Position numbers and translations under genes: made by a program. This document shows positions 38,270 to 52,669 of a DNA stretch of 64,000 bases, piece by piece. Source of the stretch: Octopus sinensis (Eukaryota). Below the pieces are notes generated by a model, which was given only the letters and a program-made list of their open reading frames with translations, made no database searches and had not been told where the DNA came from. The stretch is from assembly GCF_006345805.1 (NCBI RefSeq), contig NC_043005.1:87792001-87856000 (forward strand). Reading direction: 5' to 3'. Position 1 is the stretch's first letter. Every line of letters starts with the position of its first letter.

Positions 38270-39741
38270 ATCAAAATAAGCAACAAGGATATCCTGAGGT
38301 AATGCAGTACAATCGTTTCATGCGACTCCATTTAATTGAACAAAGCAAACATTACATCAATTTAAAATGTAGAGCAATCTTCAGCTACACAAAAAACATA
38401 GAATTTGATTAAATTTGAAGGACACATTAGTATAATTTTATCTAAAATCTCCAAGAGGATAAGGAGATAGACAACATCACAACAACATATTCTTTGTCGG
38501 CTCCTTTTTTCCCTAAAGATATGATTTTTTTCTTCAGGTAGTTTATACCATAAATTTTAAATAATATGTAAAGACAGACGGAAAGGTTTCTAAATGTTTA
38601 TTATCTGTCCTGCTAAACACACGGCATATTTTGCCTTGCCTTCTCCTTCTCACCGATTTCACACCTACCAGGAAATGTTGAAAACTGTATGAGGGTCCCA
38701 ACTAAATCTCCTTTACTTACATTATTTTGGGAGTACTGCCGGGGATCTCTACAGGCTTCTTTTAAGATTTTAAGCTCTTTACATTTATTGCTTTCCATGT
38801 TTCTTTGCTCTTTGTCCTTTTCCGTTTATCGTTTACGTGTCCCATTTTTCATACAGATACGCGTGTACGTATTTATGTATGCATGTATAATATATATGTG
38901 TGTGTGTATAACTATGTGTGTGAATATGTGTGTATGTTGTATGTACGTGTGTGTACACGGGCGTTCGAGGATGCTTGCATACATTCATGTATACAAATGT
39001 GCATAAAAGAGAAACTAAACGCATATACATATTCTCAACGATTGGCACACGGTGACATGCGTATACACATTTACTCTGAAAGTATTTCAGTAATGTCTAC
39101 AACCTGCTTTAGAAATTATTAACAGAAAAAAAAACTTATCAAAAAAATATATAAACTCTTTACAAACTGTCATGATACTGAGAGAACAAAGTACGTATAT
39201 ATATATACATACAAATATATGTGTGTGCTTGTGTGAGAGTGTGGAGGATGCTGTTTCTGTGAGTAAAGAAAGAGAGAGAAAGAGAGAAATAGAATGATAT
39301 ATACCAGCTCTTATTTCACACACAAGCAAGCATATATATTCACATACAATCGTGAAATATACATACACATACATACACACCCACACACCCACACATGCAC
39401 ACACAGAAATGTGTTTGTGTGTTTGTAGGTATACATGTAATTATTCAACTGCCTATGTAGATCTACTTATATTGATACACCTATTCACCGAAACAGCCTC
39501 GTCAGTAACCGCATTCTCGCCCACATTAAAGTGTGCTTATACGCACATGAACATAAATATTCACCAGTAGAAACATCAATGGCGTTAACAGACATGGCAC
39601 GCAAAATCACAGCTACTCACACGCACATACAAACACACACACGCTCACTATTTCATGCATGCGTGCACACACACACACACATTAAAATCAATAAACTACA
39701 CATACGCCCACACGTACTTATATACAAATACATTTATATGC

Positions 39742-39795
<54 letters not shown>

Positions 39796-39922
39796 GATAT
39801 ATATATATATGAATATGTATATTATATATCTTATATCTATATACGTATGTATGTTAGAGTCTACATATATATATATATATATATATATGTAGCACATACA
39901 CACACCACACATATATAGATAT

Positions 39923-39973
<51 letters not shown>

Positions 39974-40307
39974 ACATATATACATGCTGTTTTGTCGCTG
40001 CATATTCATGTCTATACATGAATATACATATTTGTATAGAATATAGGAACATGTTTTGCATATTCATACTTCTGTGAAATATACATATAGTTTCCTTTTG
40101 TACAAACTCAAACACGCAGAGCCATACATTTATATGTTTACATAGTGGGAAGTTATTCCAAAAACCTATAAACTTTACTCACATACACACACGCACTCAC
40201 ACACACACCAGTGGCATCAACAAACTATTTCATGCAAACGTACTTAGTGGTCCTTTGCATAATCTATTCAAGAGCTGTAGGATATATATATATATATATA
40301 TATATCT

Positions 40308-40350
<43 letters not shown>

Positions 40351-41249
40351 AAGGAATTAAAATGAAAGTGCCCGAGAATCGTAAACTATAAATGTTTGTA
40401 TTTTAAATAAGAAATTAAAAGGATAAAGTATTAAATGAGATAACTAGCAGGTTGGGAACAAATGAACGATGACTGATATGGGTGAAATTATATTCTCAGA
40501 TTGAAACTACACTGTGTAAGAAGGATATTTTTCGGTGCAAATCAAGTTTGGTTGGTCTCGATGACTTTTTGCTCAGCTAAATGTGACTACATTACCTGGA
40601 TGCAATTGGATTAATCGATAATATTGGTCTTAATTTTAACTCACCAGGAGGGGTTAAATGTTGGTATGAATTCAGTGTGTATGAAGGCTACTTTAGTGGA
40701 GTGATTAGATATACATTTTTCATTGGTTGTTCAGAATGTTTAGTAGGTTGCGCGTATAAGACAATGACCACACTGAAATTTAAGTGAATTCTCAAATATT
40801 TTATTAACCTACAACGCTATATTTACTAATGTGTATCAAATATATTAATGAAACAGCTTTCAACGAATATAGCACTTACGAAATTTCTGTATATAACTTG
40901 CTGGATTATATTTTGAATGTAGAGCAAATAATTTATATCAATTAATGTGCGTTATTTGACATGCGCGTTAAGATTAGACATTGAAATGTTATTCAAGAAA
41001 AGTGAAAGATGGATACAGAGACCACATCACTGTTGTAAATGACACAGATCACATTAGAGGGCTTAGTGGCTCCCTGGTTTGGGACTGAATTTCCCAGCTT
41101 TTATAACTGTAAGCCACCTCCCAGAATTTTCGGCCAAATTGTTAAGTGGGAAAACTCACTCCGTTTCTTTCAAGTCTCCCGCGCAAACTTCTCTTTTTAT
41201 TTAGCTACATTAGGTCATGGTTCTTGCGTGGGAACATCTGAGAACTTTA

Positions 41250-41850
41250 GATTTGTTTTTTCTAGCCCCGAGCTGCGTAAACTAATAAGGAGAGTATAGG
41301 AGGCGGTCGAAAAAGCCAGCTTCTATATATGGCTGAAGCGGAAAGACCGAAAATGGCTTGAAAGTCATAAACACGCCGACAGGAAATAACATCATTAGGT
41401 GAGACAAGCTGACTGAATCAGCTTCGTTGACTGACAGGTGACGGTCGTTTAGAAAAAGGGCGGGCTAAAACTACGCGCCTTCAATAGTCAGTTAAGGTGA
41501 GACATTGTCACGTGACAACTTGCTGGGGCTGCCTGCTGGGGCCTATGCGCCAGGTATTTAAAGGGAGAAATTTGACAAGACAGTCAGTCACCGGCTGACA
41601 CTCGCTGTCGATACATCGAAGAGGCCAGGGAACAGAAGAAAGAAGACATGCACCCAACACCAGAGCTGAAGACACCTCCGAAAGGGGGGGGGCGCCACGT
41701 CAAAACGGTAGAGGAGTAGGGGCCGAAACCGGACGTGGTTCCTCCTGATGATGTCTTGAGCTAACTGGATCCTATAAAGGAGCTGTTGTGGTAGCAGACC
41801 ACGAAACACGGTTGTAATTCCTCCTTCAAAACCAATGCACCGAAACAATG
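41250..41850 (+). other. GC-richer island, possibly an LTR/pseudo-LTR, with TATA-like box and two broken hammerhead-like motifs
   Basis: TATTTAAA ~41555; CTGAAGA...GAAAC and CTGATGA...GAAACACGGTTGTA, but stems incomplete. Confidence 0.3.
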
Positions 41851-42286
41851 CTCTATATTCTCTGTATCCGTCTCATCTTATATTACCCAAGTCTTTTATT
41901 CGTGAGTTATACTCAGGGCTAAAACAACGGGCATATAACAACTTTGCTTTATTATTACCAGAAGGTACTGTTAATTCATTACCAATTGTGGCGCTGTAAT
42001 CTATAACCTAAGGTAGGTGGACATAGTGTTTTTCAAGTAGATTAGGATCAACAAACAGTGGTATTGAACAGATAGTAACTGCACCAATGCTCATCATTTG
42101 AAGTTCTCACTCTCAGATGTTGACACAAGTCCAAAGCTTTGGCTAATAAAAACAAGACTATTACTGATGTGATGCATCTAGCAATGTAGGGGCTACATGG
42201 GTCTTGAGATGAGTATACAGAAAATAGATACATTATTTACATTATTTACATTTGACGGATATTTGTCGTCAACTTGTTTGCTTTTC

Positions 42287-42330
42287 ACACAACGTTTCGG
42301 CTAATATATCCTCCAGCTATCATCAGGTGT
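42287..42330 (-). ncRNA. minimal hammerhead motif (one closing-pair mismatch) in a PLE-like terminal repeat (~42235-42380) next to (ATT)n
   Basis: ACAC-CTGATGA-T-AGCT...AGCC-GAAACGTT-GTGT. Confidence 0.5.
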
Positions 42331-42404
42331 CTTGAGGAAATTTTCGAACCTAGGTTCTCATTCCTAAGGCATTTTCGATGTTATCATCATCATTATTATT
42401 ATTA

Positions 42405-42468
<64 letters not shown>

Positions 42469-42497
42469 CATCATCATCATCATTATTATTATTATTA

Positions 42498-42563
<66 letters not shown>

Positions 42564-42894
42564 CTTCTTTTTTCAAATTTTCTTCCGTTTCTCGCCGAGT
42601 GTTTCCCGTACACTGTTAATGGATGCCCAGAGATAATATGTGTGAATAAATTACAATTGGATGGTCACGTATGAAACGCCTTTGATGATAAAATCTGTTA
42701 GAACAGATCTGGCATGGATCTAAAAACACGACAATAACAATAACGGTGTGGAGTCTTTGAAAGTGTGCCTCCTCCCCAATTTAACCTAGTCTGTGTGTAT
42801 ACACACATACACATATATATATTGTATATATATATATACATACATATATATATATATATGTATATGTATGTATGTATATATATATACATATATA

Positions 42895-42942
<48 letters not shown>

Positions 42943-43089
42943 CATACATATATATATATGTATGTATGTATATACATATACACCTATATATGTATACATG
43001 TACATATATTTATACATACATATATATATATATATGTATACATATATAATATATATATATATATCTATAATATATATAGATATATATAT

Positions 43090-43709
43090 ACACACATATA
43101 TATATACATGTATATATATATATCCACACACGCACACACACACGCCCATTCACACACTGATTACACTATAGCGAATATAACTATACGCAAGCACACAAAC
43201 ATCTGCACGAAGACACACATAGGCAAAACGAACGCAAATACACACACACACAAGCATACACACACACACACACACACCACACCCATGCACACATACACAC
43301 TCCAAAGCACCCTGACAAATAGAGGCAGGCTCATATTATACAGGAAAGGATTTTAGAATCACTTATATCCCTTAGCCTTTGGATGCTCTTCACACATTCA
43401 TTGCCTCTCATCAATAGGATTCACATTGAACATCAAAAATCTGCACATCGTTCAGAAGCGTCGTTATCGTGTGCAGTAATGGTTATCTGCAGTGATGCCT
43501 ATCGATAGAAAATGCATCGTTATCAGGGCTGGAGCTGAAACTGATAGAGAGATCAAAGGTGGCACGTGTAAAGCGGACTGTGTATTATCATCAACAGTTA
43601 CACACGTCAGCAGTTACCAACAATTATGTTCTACTACCATCACTTGTAGAAAAACGTCTGTACATTTATGTATATTTATACATACACACGTACATATATT
43701 ATATATATG

Positions 43710-43800
<91 letters not shown>

Positions 43801-43999
43801 CGTACATACAAAAATGCAAATTTATACAGGCGTATGGGGGAGCATGTTTATACGCATACATATACGAAATTAATGTATATATAGGTATGTAGATTTATAT
43901 GTGTATGTGTGTCTGCCTGTTTGTGCGTGCATATTTACATATTATTTATATTTATACAGAACTAAATGCACATTTATTTTGTTTATATATATGTATATG

Positions 44000-44030
<31 letters not shown>

Positions 44031-44639
44031 ATATAACATGTATATATATATCCACACACGCACACACACACGCCCATTCACACACTGATTACACCTATAG
44101 CGAATATAACTATACGCAAGCACACAAACATCTGCACGAAGCGACACACAAGGCAAAACGAACGCAAATACACACACACACAAGCATACACACACACACA
44201 CACACACACACCCATGCACACATACACACTCCAAAGCACCCTGACAAATAGAGGCAGGCTCATATTATACAGGAAAGGATTTTAGAACACTTATATCCCT
44301 TAGCCTTTGGATGCTCTTCACACATCATTGCCTCTCATCAATAGGATCACATTGAACATCAAAAATCTGCACACTCGTTCAGAAGCGTCGTTATCGTGTG
44401 CAGTAATGGTTATCTGCAGTGATGCCTATCGATAGAAAATGCATCGTTATCAGGGCTGGAGCTGAAACTGATAGAGAGATCAAAGGTGGCACGTGGTAAG
44501 CGGACTGTGTATTATCATCAACAGTTACACAAGTCAGCAGTTACCAACAATTATGTTCTACTACCATCACTTGTAGAAAAACGTCTGTACATTTATGTAT
44601 ATTATACATACACACGCGACATATATATATATATGTATG

Positions 44640-44691
<52 letters not shown>

Positions 44692-44930
44692 TTAATAATA
44701 TATATACATTATATTATATATATATATATACGTACATACAAAAATGCAAATTTATACAGGCGTATGGGGGAGCATGGGGGGAGCATGTTTATTATACGCA
44801 TACATATACGAAATTAATGTATATATAGGTATGTAGATTATATATGTGTATGTGTGTCTGCCTGTTTGTGCGTGCATATTTACATAATTATTTATATTTA
44901 TACAGAACTAAATGCACATTTATTTTGTTT

Positions 44931-44950
<20 letters not shown>
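43090..44950. repeat. ~930-945-bp tandem duplication
   Basis: TCCACACACGCAC at 43123 and 44051; unique core repeated with mostly single-base indels. Confidence 0.92.
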
Positions 44951-44973
<23 letters not shown>

Positions 44974-45182
44974 CTATATATATATATATACATATATATA
45001 TATACATATATATTATATATATATATATTATTATATTATATATATACATATATATATATATTACTTCCGTGTATAGAATTATTAATATCCTACAAACTCA
45101 TACGCACACACACGCATAATATATATATCTACTTACAAATGTACACCTGTAAATAGCCATTTGTGCATACACATATGCATAT

Positions 45183-45223
<41 letters not shown>

Positions 45224-46478
45224 GTATGGATATATATTTATGTCTATAGATATATATATGTGTGTGTGTATGTATTTATATACATACATATATCGAACTT
45301 GTACCACTACATTGGTACAAAAAAGTGTGTGTGTGTGCTTCAATATGTATGCGTGCGTGTGTGTGTGTGTATGTGTACGTTTGTGCGTCCGGCTATGCGT
45401 GGCCGTGAATGCACACATCTGTAAGTCACACACGCCCCATACACCTTCATATCTTAATATCGAGGATGTTTTTCCCTTTCACATATCATGATAGAAACTG
45501 GTTTACGATGTGACATGTTTCCAACTGTCTCAACTCTTCTTATAACTTGTTATATCGAATCTACAACACTTATCGATTTCCGTCGAAGTTAATCGAAACC
45601 GATGATGGAATATTACCGTATCTCTTGACTAGCAAACGACAGTAGCCAATTCACGATAAAAATCACACATTCTTTTGCTAAATGATAGAAGGATAATGTT
45701 ATCGTAGACTGCAACTGCGTAATGTCGAATTTATCATTCTTTTTGTACATGTTTTTCCTATACTGCATAAAAAATCCAGCCTTTTAGCCATAGGACACAA
45801 AAAGGTGCATATGAAAACCTTTTTCTATATAAAAGGCTTGAAACAACATATCATTCTTTGTTTTTCCTACTTACCACAGGTTTGTATAAATTAGATACGC
45901 CAAATTCACCTTAAGAATGCATATATCAATATAATCTCACACGATCTGTGATATAAAAACATTTCTTGTGTGAAAAGATGTCGTTATAGTTTTATTCTTC
46001 ATATATATATAAATTCATAAAATACAATATAAACGAAAATATTAATGCATTTTCAATTTTTCTTAATATTTTTCATGTATATAGATAAAGAGATAGATAG
46101 AGAGTTAGAGAGAGAGAGTGAGATAGAAAGACAAACAGTGATACAGATATAGATTTATACACATAAAGCTTTTAGCTTGCTTTCAAAGTTCGTCTACTGC
46201 TACGGGTTAAGAAATACAGCTTGATCCTTCGTATCACTGGAATTTCGTAATATCCATAGAGTGTTTTAAAAAAAACTAGAAAGTGGATTGAGCAACACGG
46301 TTTATCGCATAACACTACAAGAATTTAGTGAGGGAAAAAAACGGTGAAAGAATTGCAATGTTTTGTAGTAAATCACGTTCATCAAACTGTTTTCTATCAT
46401 TCTTATTACTGTATCTGTCTGTCTGTCTGTCTATGTATCTATCTATCTATTTAATTATGTATATATATGTATATATAT

Positions 46479-46524
<46 letters not shown>

Positions 46525-46553
46525 AACACACAAACACAGACACACACACACAC

Positions 46554-46680
<127 letters not shown>

Positions 46681-47007
46681 GCCTTCTGATTGACTTTAGA
46701 GTACCTAATTCGCAGAATTCTTTCTACCATCAGATTATATTACTTTCTTCATTCGGAATGCGCCATTTCTGCACCTTGATCGTGAATCATTATAATTTGT
46801 CCGTCAGTCTTCCACTTTAACTCGTCTTCCCTCAATCTATCTACTGTTCTAATTCCACTCACCTTGCTTTTCCCCATTCTCTTTTCCATTTTGTCGCCAT
46901 TAGCCACACCTACACCGACATTCACACACTCCCACAATGTCTGTCAAAATGTGAATAGTTGACGAATTCTTTTCCCTCTGTATTCCGTTTCTATTGGACT
47001 TAGCTCT

Positions 47008-47042
47008 GTTTCTGAGGAAGAGCTTTGCTCGAAACGTTAAAT
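47008..47042 (+). ncRNA. minimal hammerhead motif with canonical core
   Basis: GTTT-CTGAGGA-A-GAGC-TTT-GCTC-GAAACGTT-AAAT; weak stem I. Confidence 0.5.
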
Positions 47043-47204
47043 CATCTTGCTTTACATGTACTAGGTCCTAACGTTGTTGTTTTTTTGTGTTTCTTCTTCG
47101 TTTTTTTAATTATATATATATATATCAAATACATATTTTGTGTGAATGGAACAGTGCCAGGTAGTAGAAAGCAACTTACAAAAGGAAAAGACACCTAGCA
47201 AAGA

Positions 47205-47478
47205 AACGAGCAAGGGACAGCAAACAATGCACACTAACTAACTGCCCCATCCGTGAAACAGATTGATGCCAACGGGTATAGAATACAATATAACAAATGC
47301 AACAAGTTCTGTGGGTAGCACAACAAGACCGTTACACATTCGCATCAAAGAACATCTGAACACGAGAGCCTCCTCCTTCAGAAAACAGATGCCGGAACAC
47401 TGACAAAAGTATAACAGTCACAAGTGAAGCCAATGAAAGAAATTTGGGTAATTTAAGAATTAAGGAAGCTATTTACAA
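47205..47478 (+). mobile_element. second PLE GIY-YIG relic
   Basis: CTLTNCPIR...NKCNKF..VGSTTRPLHIRIKEHLNTRASSFRK...NLRIKEAIY across frameshifts. Confidence 0.7.
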
Positions 47479-47743
47479 TGGATATAGGGTACCCATTGGG
47501 TTTCAATATCCCTAGGAAGCGTGTGGTGTGGGTCGCCTTGTCCCCTGTCCTGCTGAACTTGCTCTGGATGCGTGCAAGTTCATTTCTGGCGTATACTATA
47601 TTGGCATCGAGACGTGGCCGCCCTCACGCCCTTCTCATGAAGAATTCCAGAAGGAACTTCGTGAAACCACTGCAGAGACGCTTCCGGGAAGGAAATTTCA
47701 GTAAGTGTTGGAAAACTGATCATAGCAGTGACTCGATCAACTT

Positions 47744-47803
47744 CTAGTGATATCTGAAGAAGGAATTTTTGTATTCCGAAATATCATTATTATATCAGAC
47801 TAG
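47744..47803 (+). ncRNA. type I hammerhead ribozyme ~270 bp downstream of the PLE endonuclease relic
   Basis: CTAG-TGATAT, CTGAAGA-A, GGAAT-TTTTGT-ATTCC, GAA-ATA-TCAT-TAT-T, ATATCA-GA-CTAG. Confidence 0.6.
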
Positions 47804-48478
47804 GGATAATTAAATTATAATAGTTATTTTAGTCCGCTCTGGATTTTTGGTGTGTCATTCGAGACACGTTATATTTTACAAACAACACCCAGTACTTCAA
47901 GCGAACTACAATACTCCCATATATATATGCATGTGTGTTTGTGTGTGTATGTGTGCGTGTGTGTGCGATAATTGTCAGCTCATTACAACTGACTCTTATG
48001 TAACTTTTTAACATGTGAGTGAGAATATTACATCATTATAAAAAGCCGTAATCATCAGATAAGAAGTAATTTTACAAAGCATAAGAATATCCAGGAATGT
48101 GTCCGTCGAGACCAACTATTAAATGGGATAATGAGCAATCATGTTGGCACAGTAAAGAAATAGGTTAAGGTGCAGTTCTTGAAAGTGCGAATTGTAGGAG
48201 AAATGTATTGTAGCAGGTAATGAGTTGTGGTAAGTAAGGAGGGGGTTATAAAACAATTAAGGATACGGGGGGAAAGTAAAGAAATATAAATCAAACTTAA
48301 TGGTGAAAGACAAATAAAAAAATTAAGGCATACGAACTGATCAGATATGGGAGCCTCTTGCTAATGGTAAATGACCAGAGAAGGGGGATAGAGAAACAGA
48401 AATATAGGGGTGTTCGGTAGATATTGGCTGGAAGTGAGGAAGAATGATACGGAGGGAATCAAATAATAAGATCGGAAG

Positions 48479-48707
48479 GACGGCGAGCTGCTGGAATCGT
48501 TAGCACGCCGGGCGAAATGCTTAGCGGTGTTTCGTCTGCCGTTACGTCTGGGTTCCAATTCCGATGAGGTCGACTTTGCCTTTCATACTTTCAGAGTCGA
48601 TTAAATAAGTACCAGTTACGCACTGGGGTCGATGTAATTAATTTAATCCCTTTGTCTGTCCTTGTTTGTCCCCTCTATGTTTAGCCTCTTATTGGCAATA
48701 AAGAAAA
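48479..48707 (+). mobile_element. full-length S1 SINE (tail type 1) with ~14-bp TSD
   Basis: AATAAGATCGGAAG (48465-48478) and AATAAGATCGAAAG (48708-48721) flank the copy. Confidence 0.9.
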
Positions 48708-49310
48708 AATAAGATCGAAAGTAGTGCAACATATCATTAAGGAATTTTAAAAATTAGAAATTTAAAGCAAGATGGGGTTATATAATGAACACCTAGTAAG
48801 GGGTTGGAGGAAATAGCAGATCGAGATCAGGAAGGGCAATGATAGGGAATAGTCTAATGATTAACTATGGAATGTTAAACGAGTGATGATGATATCAACA
48901 TTGGATGGTAGAAACATTTTCGTGTGAATCAGGTGAAGCAACCCAAGATGATAAGTCGCGGGTGCGGGGTTGGGATAATGTATTCTATCAAGTCTATCAC
49001 GAGCGCTGCCCGCAAAACTGTATGTTGGTGTCAGCAGTATATAAGTAGTAGAAAATGGAAACGAACTGTCTCGGGTGTGCTACTAGGAGTTAAGTATCAC
49101 TGTCATCGTTATTGCATAATACCGGGCACACCACAGATAGAATGGTTAATTCTTCCTTCAATATAGCATAGCATAGAAGTATAATAAGAGCGTTTAAAAG
49201 GTAAAGGTAATGGGGAAATTAGTCTGGGAGGGCTCAGAAACGAATGGGTAGATCGATAGGCTGAGAGTCAGTGAGAGAGGGAGTAAATTGGATCGAACCT
49301 AGGTTGTATG

Positions 49311-49355
<45 letters not shown>

Positions 49356-49378
49356 AAATGCATGCATCCACATTACCT

Positions 49379-49605
49379 ATTTCTTTATTATCCACAAGGG
49401 GCTAAACACAGAAGGGACCAACAAGGACAGACATAGGTATTAAGTCGATTACATCGACCCCAGTGCGTAACTGGTACTTAATTTATCGATCCCGAAAGGA
49501 TGAAAGGCAAAGTCGACCTCGGCGGAATTTGAACGCACAACGTAACGGCAGACAAAATACCGCTAAGCATTTCGCCGGGCGTGCTAACGTTTCTGCCAGC
49601 TCTCC
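49379..49605 (-). mobile_element. full-length S1 SINE (tail type 1)
   Basis: Reverse complement of S1 from GGAGAGCTGGCAGAAACG to GATAATAAAGAAA. Confidence 0.9.
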
Positions 49606-50134
49606 AGCTCTCCGCCATCAGTGGTGTTATGCAGGAAATGCAAACACATAGAAAAGCACCAACTACGCAAATGGCAAATAAAACTTCTACCTAACTATCC
49701 TCTGATATATACACAGATTCATAATAATGCTTTACATTAGCTATTCTTTTCCAATCATTTCTCTTTCAGTCTTTCCTTTACTCCATATTTTTAGTTTTAG
49801 TTTTTTCTGCGTAAGACAAACTTTATATCGTTCTGCTTATATAATTCCCCGCGTCGTGGTTGGTTAATATACCTTAATAATATTGAATTCTTTTGCTTTT
49901 CCCTTAACTTCAAGCAATTACGTCATTTGTTTTCAAATGTTTCAATGTCGTAATTAATGGAAAATTCTCCACACTTTCTGAAAATGATTTATTCACCTGG
50001 AAGCAAGCGGCAGTTTAAGACGCTCACATACACGCATGCACGCACACACAAACACACATATACACACATAAACACGAACACACAAATATGTAAGCACAGA
50101 CATATAAATATATATAGGCGTATATATATGTATT

Positions 50135-50750
<616 letters not shown>

Positions 50751-51101
50751 ATGTGCTAGCTAGAGTCAAATGAACCTGCAAAAGCTACATATCTACATAT
50801 AAATCCATTTAAATGGTGAATTTACTCACTGAGGGCAATCTACAAATAATTTGAAATTTGTTGAAGCATAGAAACGAAATGATTATAAGAGAAAAACTGA
50901 CACTGGACGTGAGAGAGTGAACAGAAACAGAGAGACTGGAAGAGACTTGAGCGCGCCTAAAGGTTACATACACAGAATGGAAACAATTCAGAAAGGATAC
51001 ATACATAGATGCACACACATACATACATACATACATGCACATACATACATATATATATATATGCACATATATATATATAAATGAAAGTTTGTGTCTATGT
51101 A

Positions 51102-51157
<56 letters not shown>

Positions 51158-52054
51158 TATGTGCATGTGTGTATTAGATACATATATATGAATACAGATC
51201 TATAAACGCACACCTACACACACAGATATAAATATATATATATGTACACAAGTCTCGTCAAACACGCTCATTACGCAACTCTATTTGGTGTCACACACTC
51301 ACCTCTTCCCTCGACCTTTCCTAGTTCTTCGCTTCATATTCTTCCTTATATTACATTTAGATTGGTCGGCCATTTCTGCGGTGCGTTGTACAAATCCGTA
51401 TCAATTTTCATGTTTTGAATTATGTAGCTGTGAGAATAAGAGAGAGGAGGAAATGGAGAGAGTGGGCTTGTGTGCGTGCGTGTGTGTGTTTTGTGTGTGT
51501 GTGTTTGTGTGTGTGTGTTTGTGTATGTGTGTAAATGATGTGTATGTTTCGATGGTTGTGTTTCTGTATGAATATTTGTAAGCGAGTTTTCTTTAACATT
51601 ATATGAAGACACTATAACTTTGTTGTGGCTGAATTTGTTCATGTTCCTAGTGTTGTGCTGCTGCTGATGATGATGGTGGCGGTGGAGGTGCTGCTGATGA
51701 TGAGAATGATGATGATGAGGAGGAGGAGGATAACGACGACGACGACGAGAATGACATAATCTGGTAAGAAAAAGAGGACAAAAATATAAAAGCGGTTGAT
51801 GAGGATGAACATTATAAGCATGATAAGATAATTATGATATTAATTACAAGTTTATTCAATTTTGCTCCCAGGAACGAGTTGGTGGCAATTCATTGACAGA
51901 ATCTTTTGATGTTCTTTTTTTTATTTTAATTTTCGTAGTTATGTATATTTTTACGTACAATAATTGCATGAGAATGAAGTGTTCACATATATCATGATAG
52001 ATCGCTAGTCACTACACATTCTTTATTTTCTCTCCCTGTTTCTTTCTGTGTTCC

Positions 52055-52088
52055 TTTCTGTCGAAGAGCGTAGGCTTGAAACGTTAAA
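52055..52088 (+). ncRNA. degenerate minimal hammerhead motif (A6 altered)
   Basis: TTT-CTGTCGA-A-GAGC-GTAG-GCTT-GAAACGTT-AAA; same layout as the 47008 motif. Confidence 0.35.
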
Positions 52089-52669
52089 CACTTTTTCACT
52101 TCCCGAGCGTTAAACTAATACATCTTTTTGTTCTCTACACCACCTGTCTTCTTCTTTTGTCTTTTTTTTTAAATTACCTTTTATTAAATTACCTTTTAAA
52201 TTACCTTTTATTGTAACAACACAATTAAATGCACGATAAAAAGTTATGGAATTAAGCACCTACTACTGAATTCAGAAATTTAAAAATATATACATAACAT
52301 TGAACTCAGAAAGTTATTTAAAAAAAAGAAAAAAAAATCTTCGACGAAAACATCAGATAATATGTGTGATTGAATATACTATATATACATATACATATGC
52401 ATGTGGTGAAGAAGAAAAGAGAACGAAAAAATAAATAGATAAATAATTAAACGTAAACAGGTTTGACCTTTTACTGACCATTAACGTCCTTTGTCCCCAT
52501 CTACCGTGGCTATTTATAGACCCAAAGAACATGAATTCTTTAACCACCCATTCTCCAACACAATGGAGTGTTGATGGTGGCTGTGGCTACACATTGAAGA
52601 TGATGATGGTGATGGTGATGTTGCTGATGATGGTGATAGTGGTGAAGATGATAGTAATAACAATAATAA

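Noticed and set aside
38613-38800. Exon-like signals on both strands (strong acceptor near 38670 on +, GTAAGT donor on -)
   Set aside because: Neither has a matching partner splice site with a credible peptide
48050-49270. Purine-rich stretch that might be a minus-strand retroelement relic
   Set aside because: No unambiguous RT or endonuclease motif recovered in any frame
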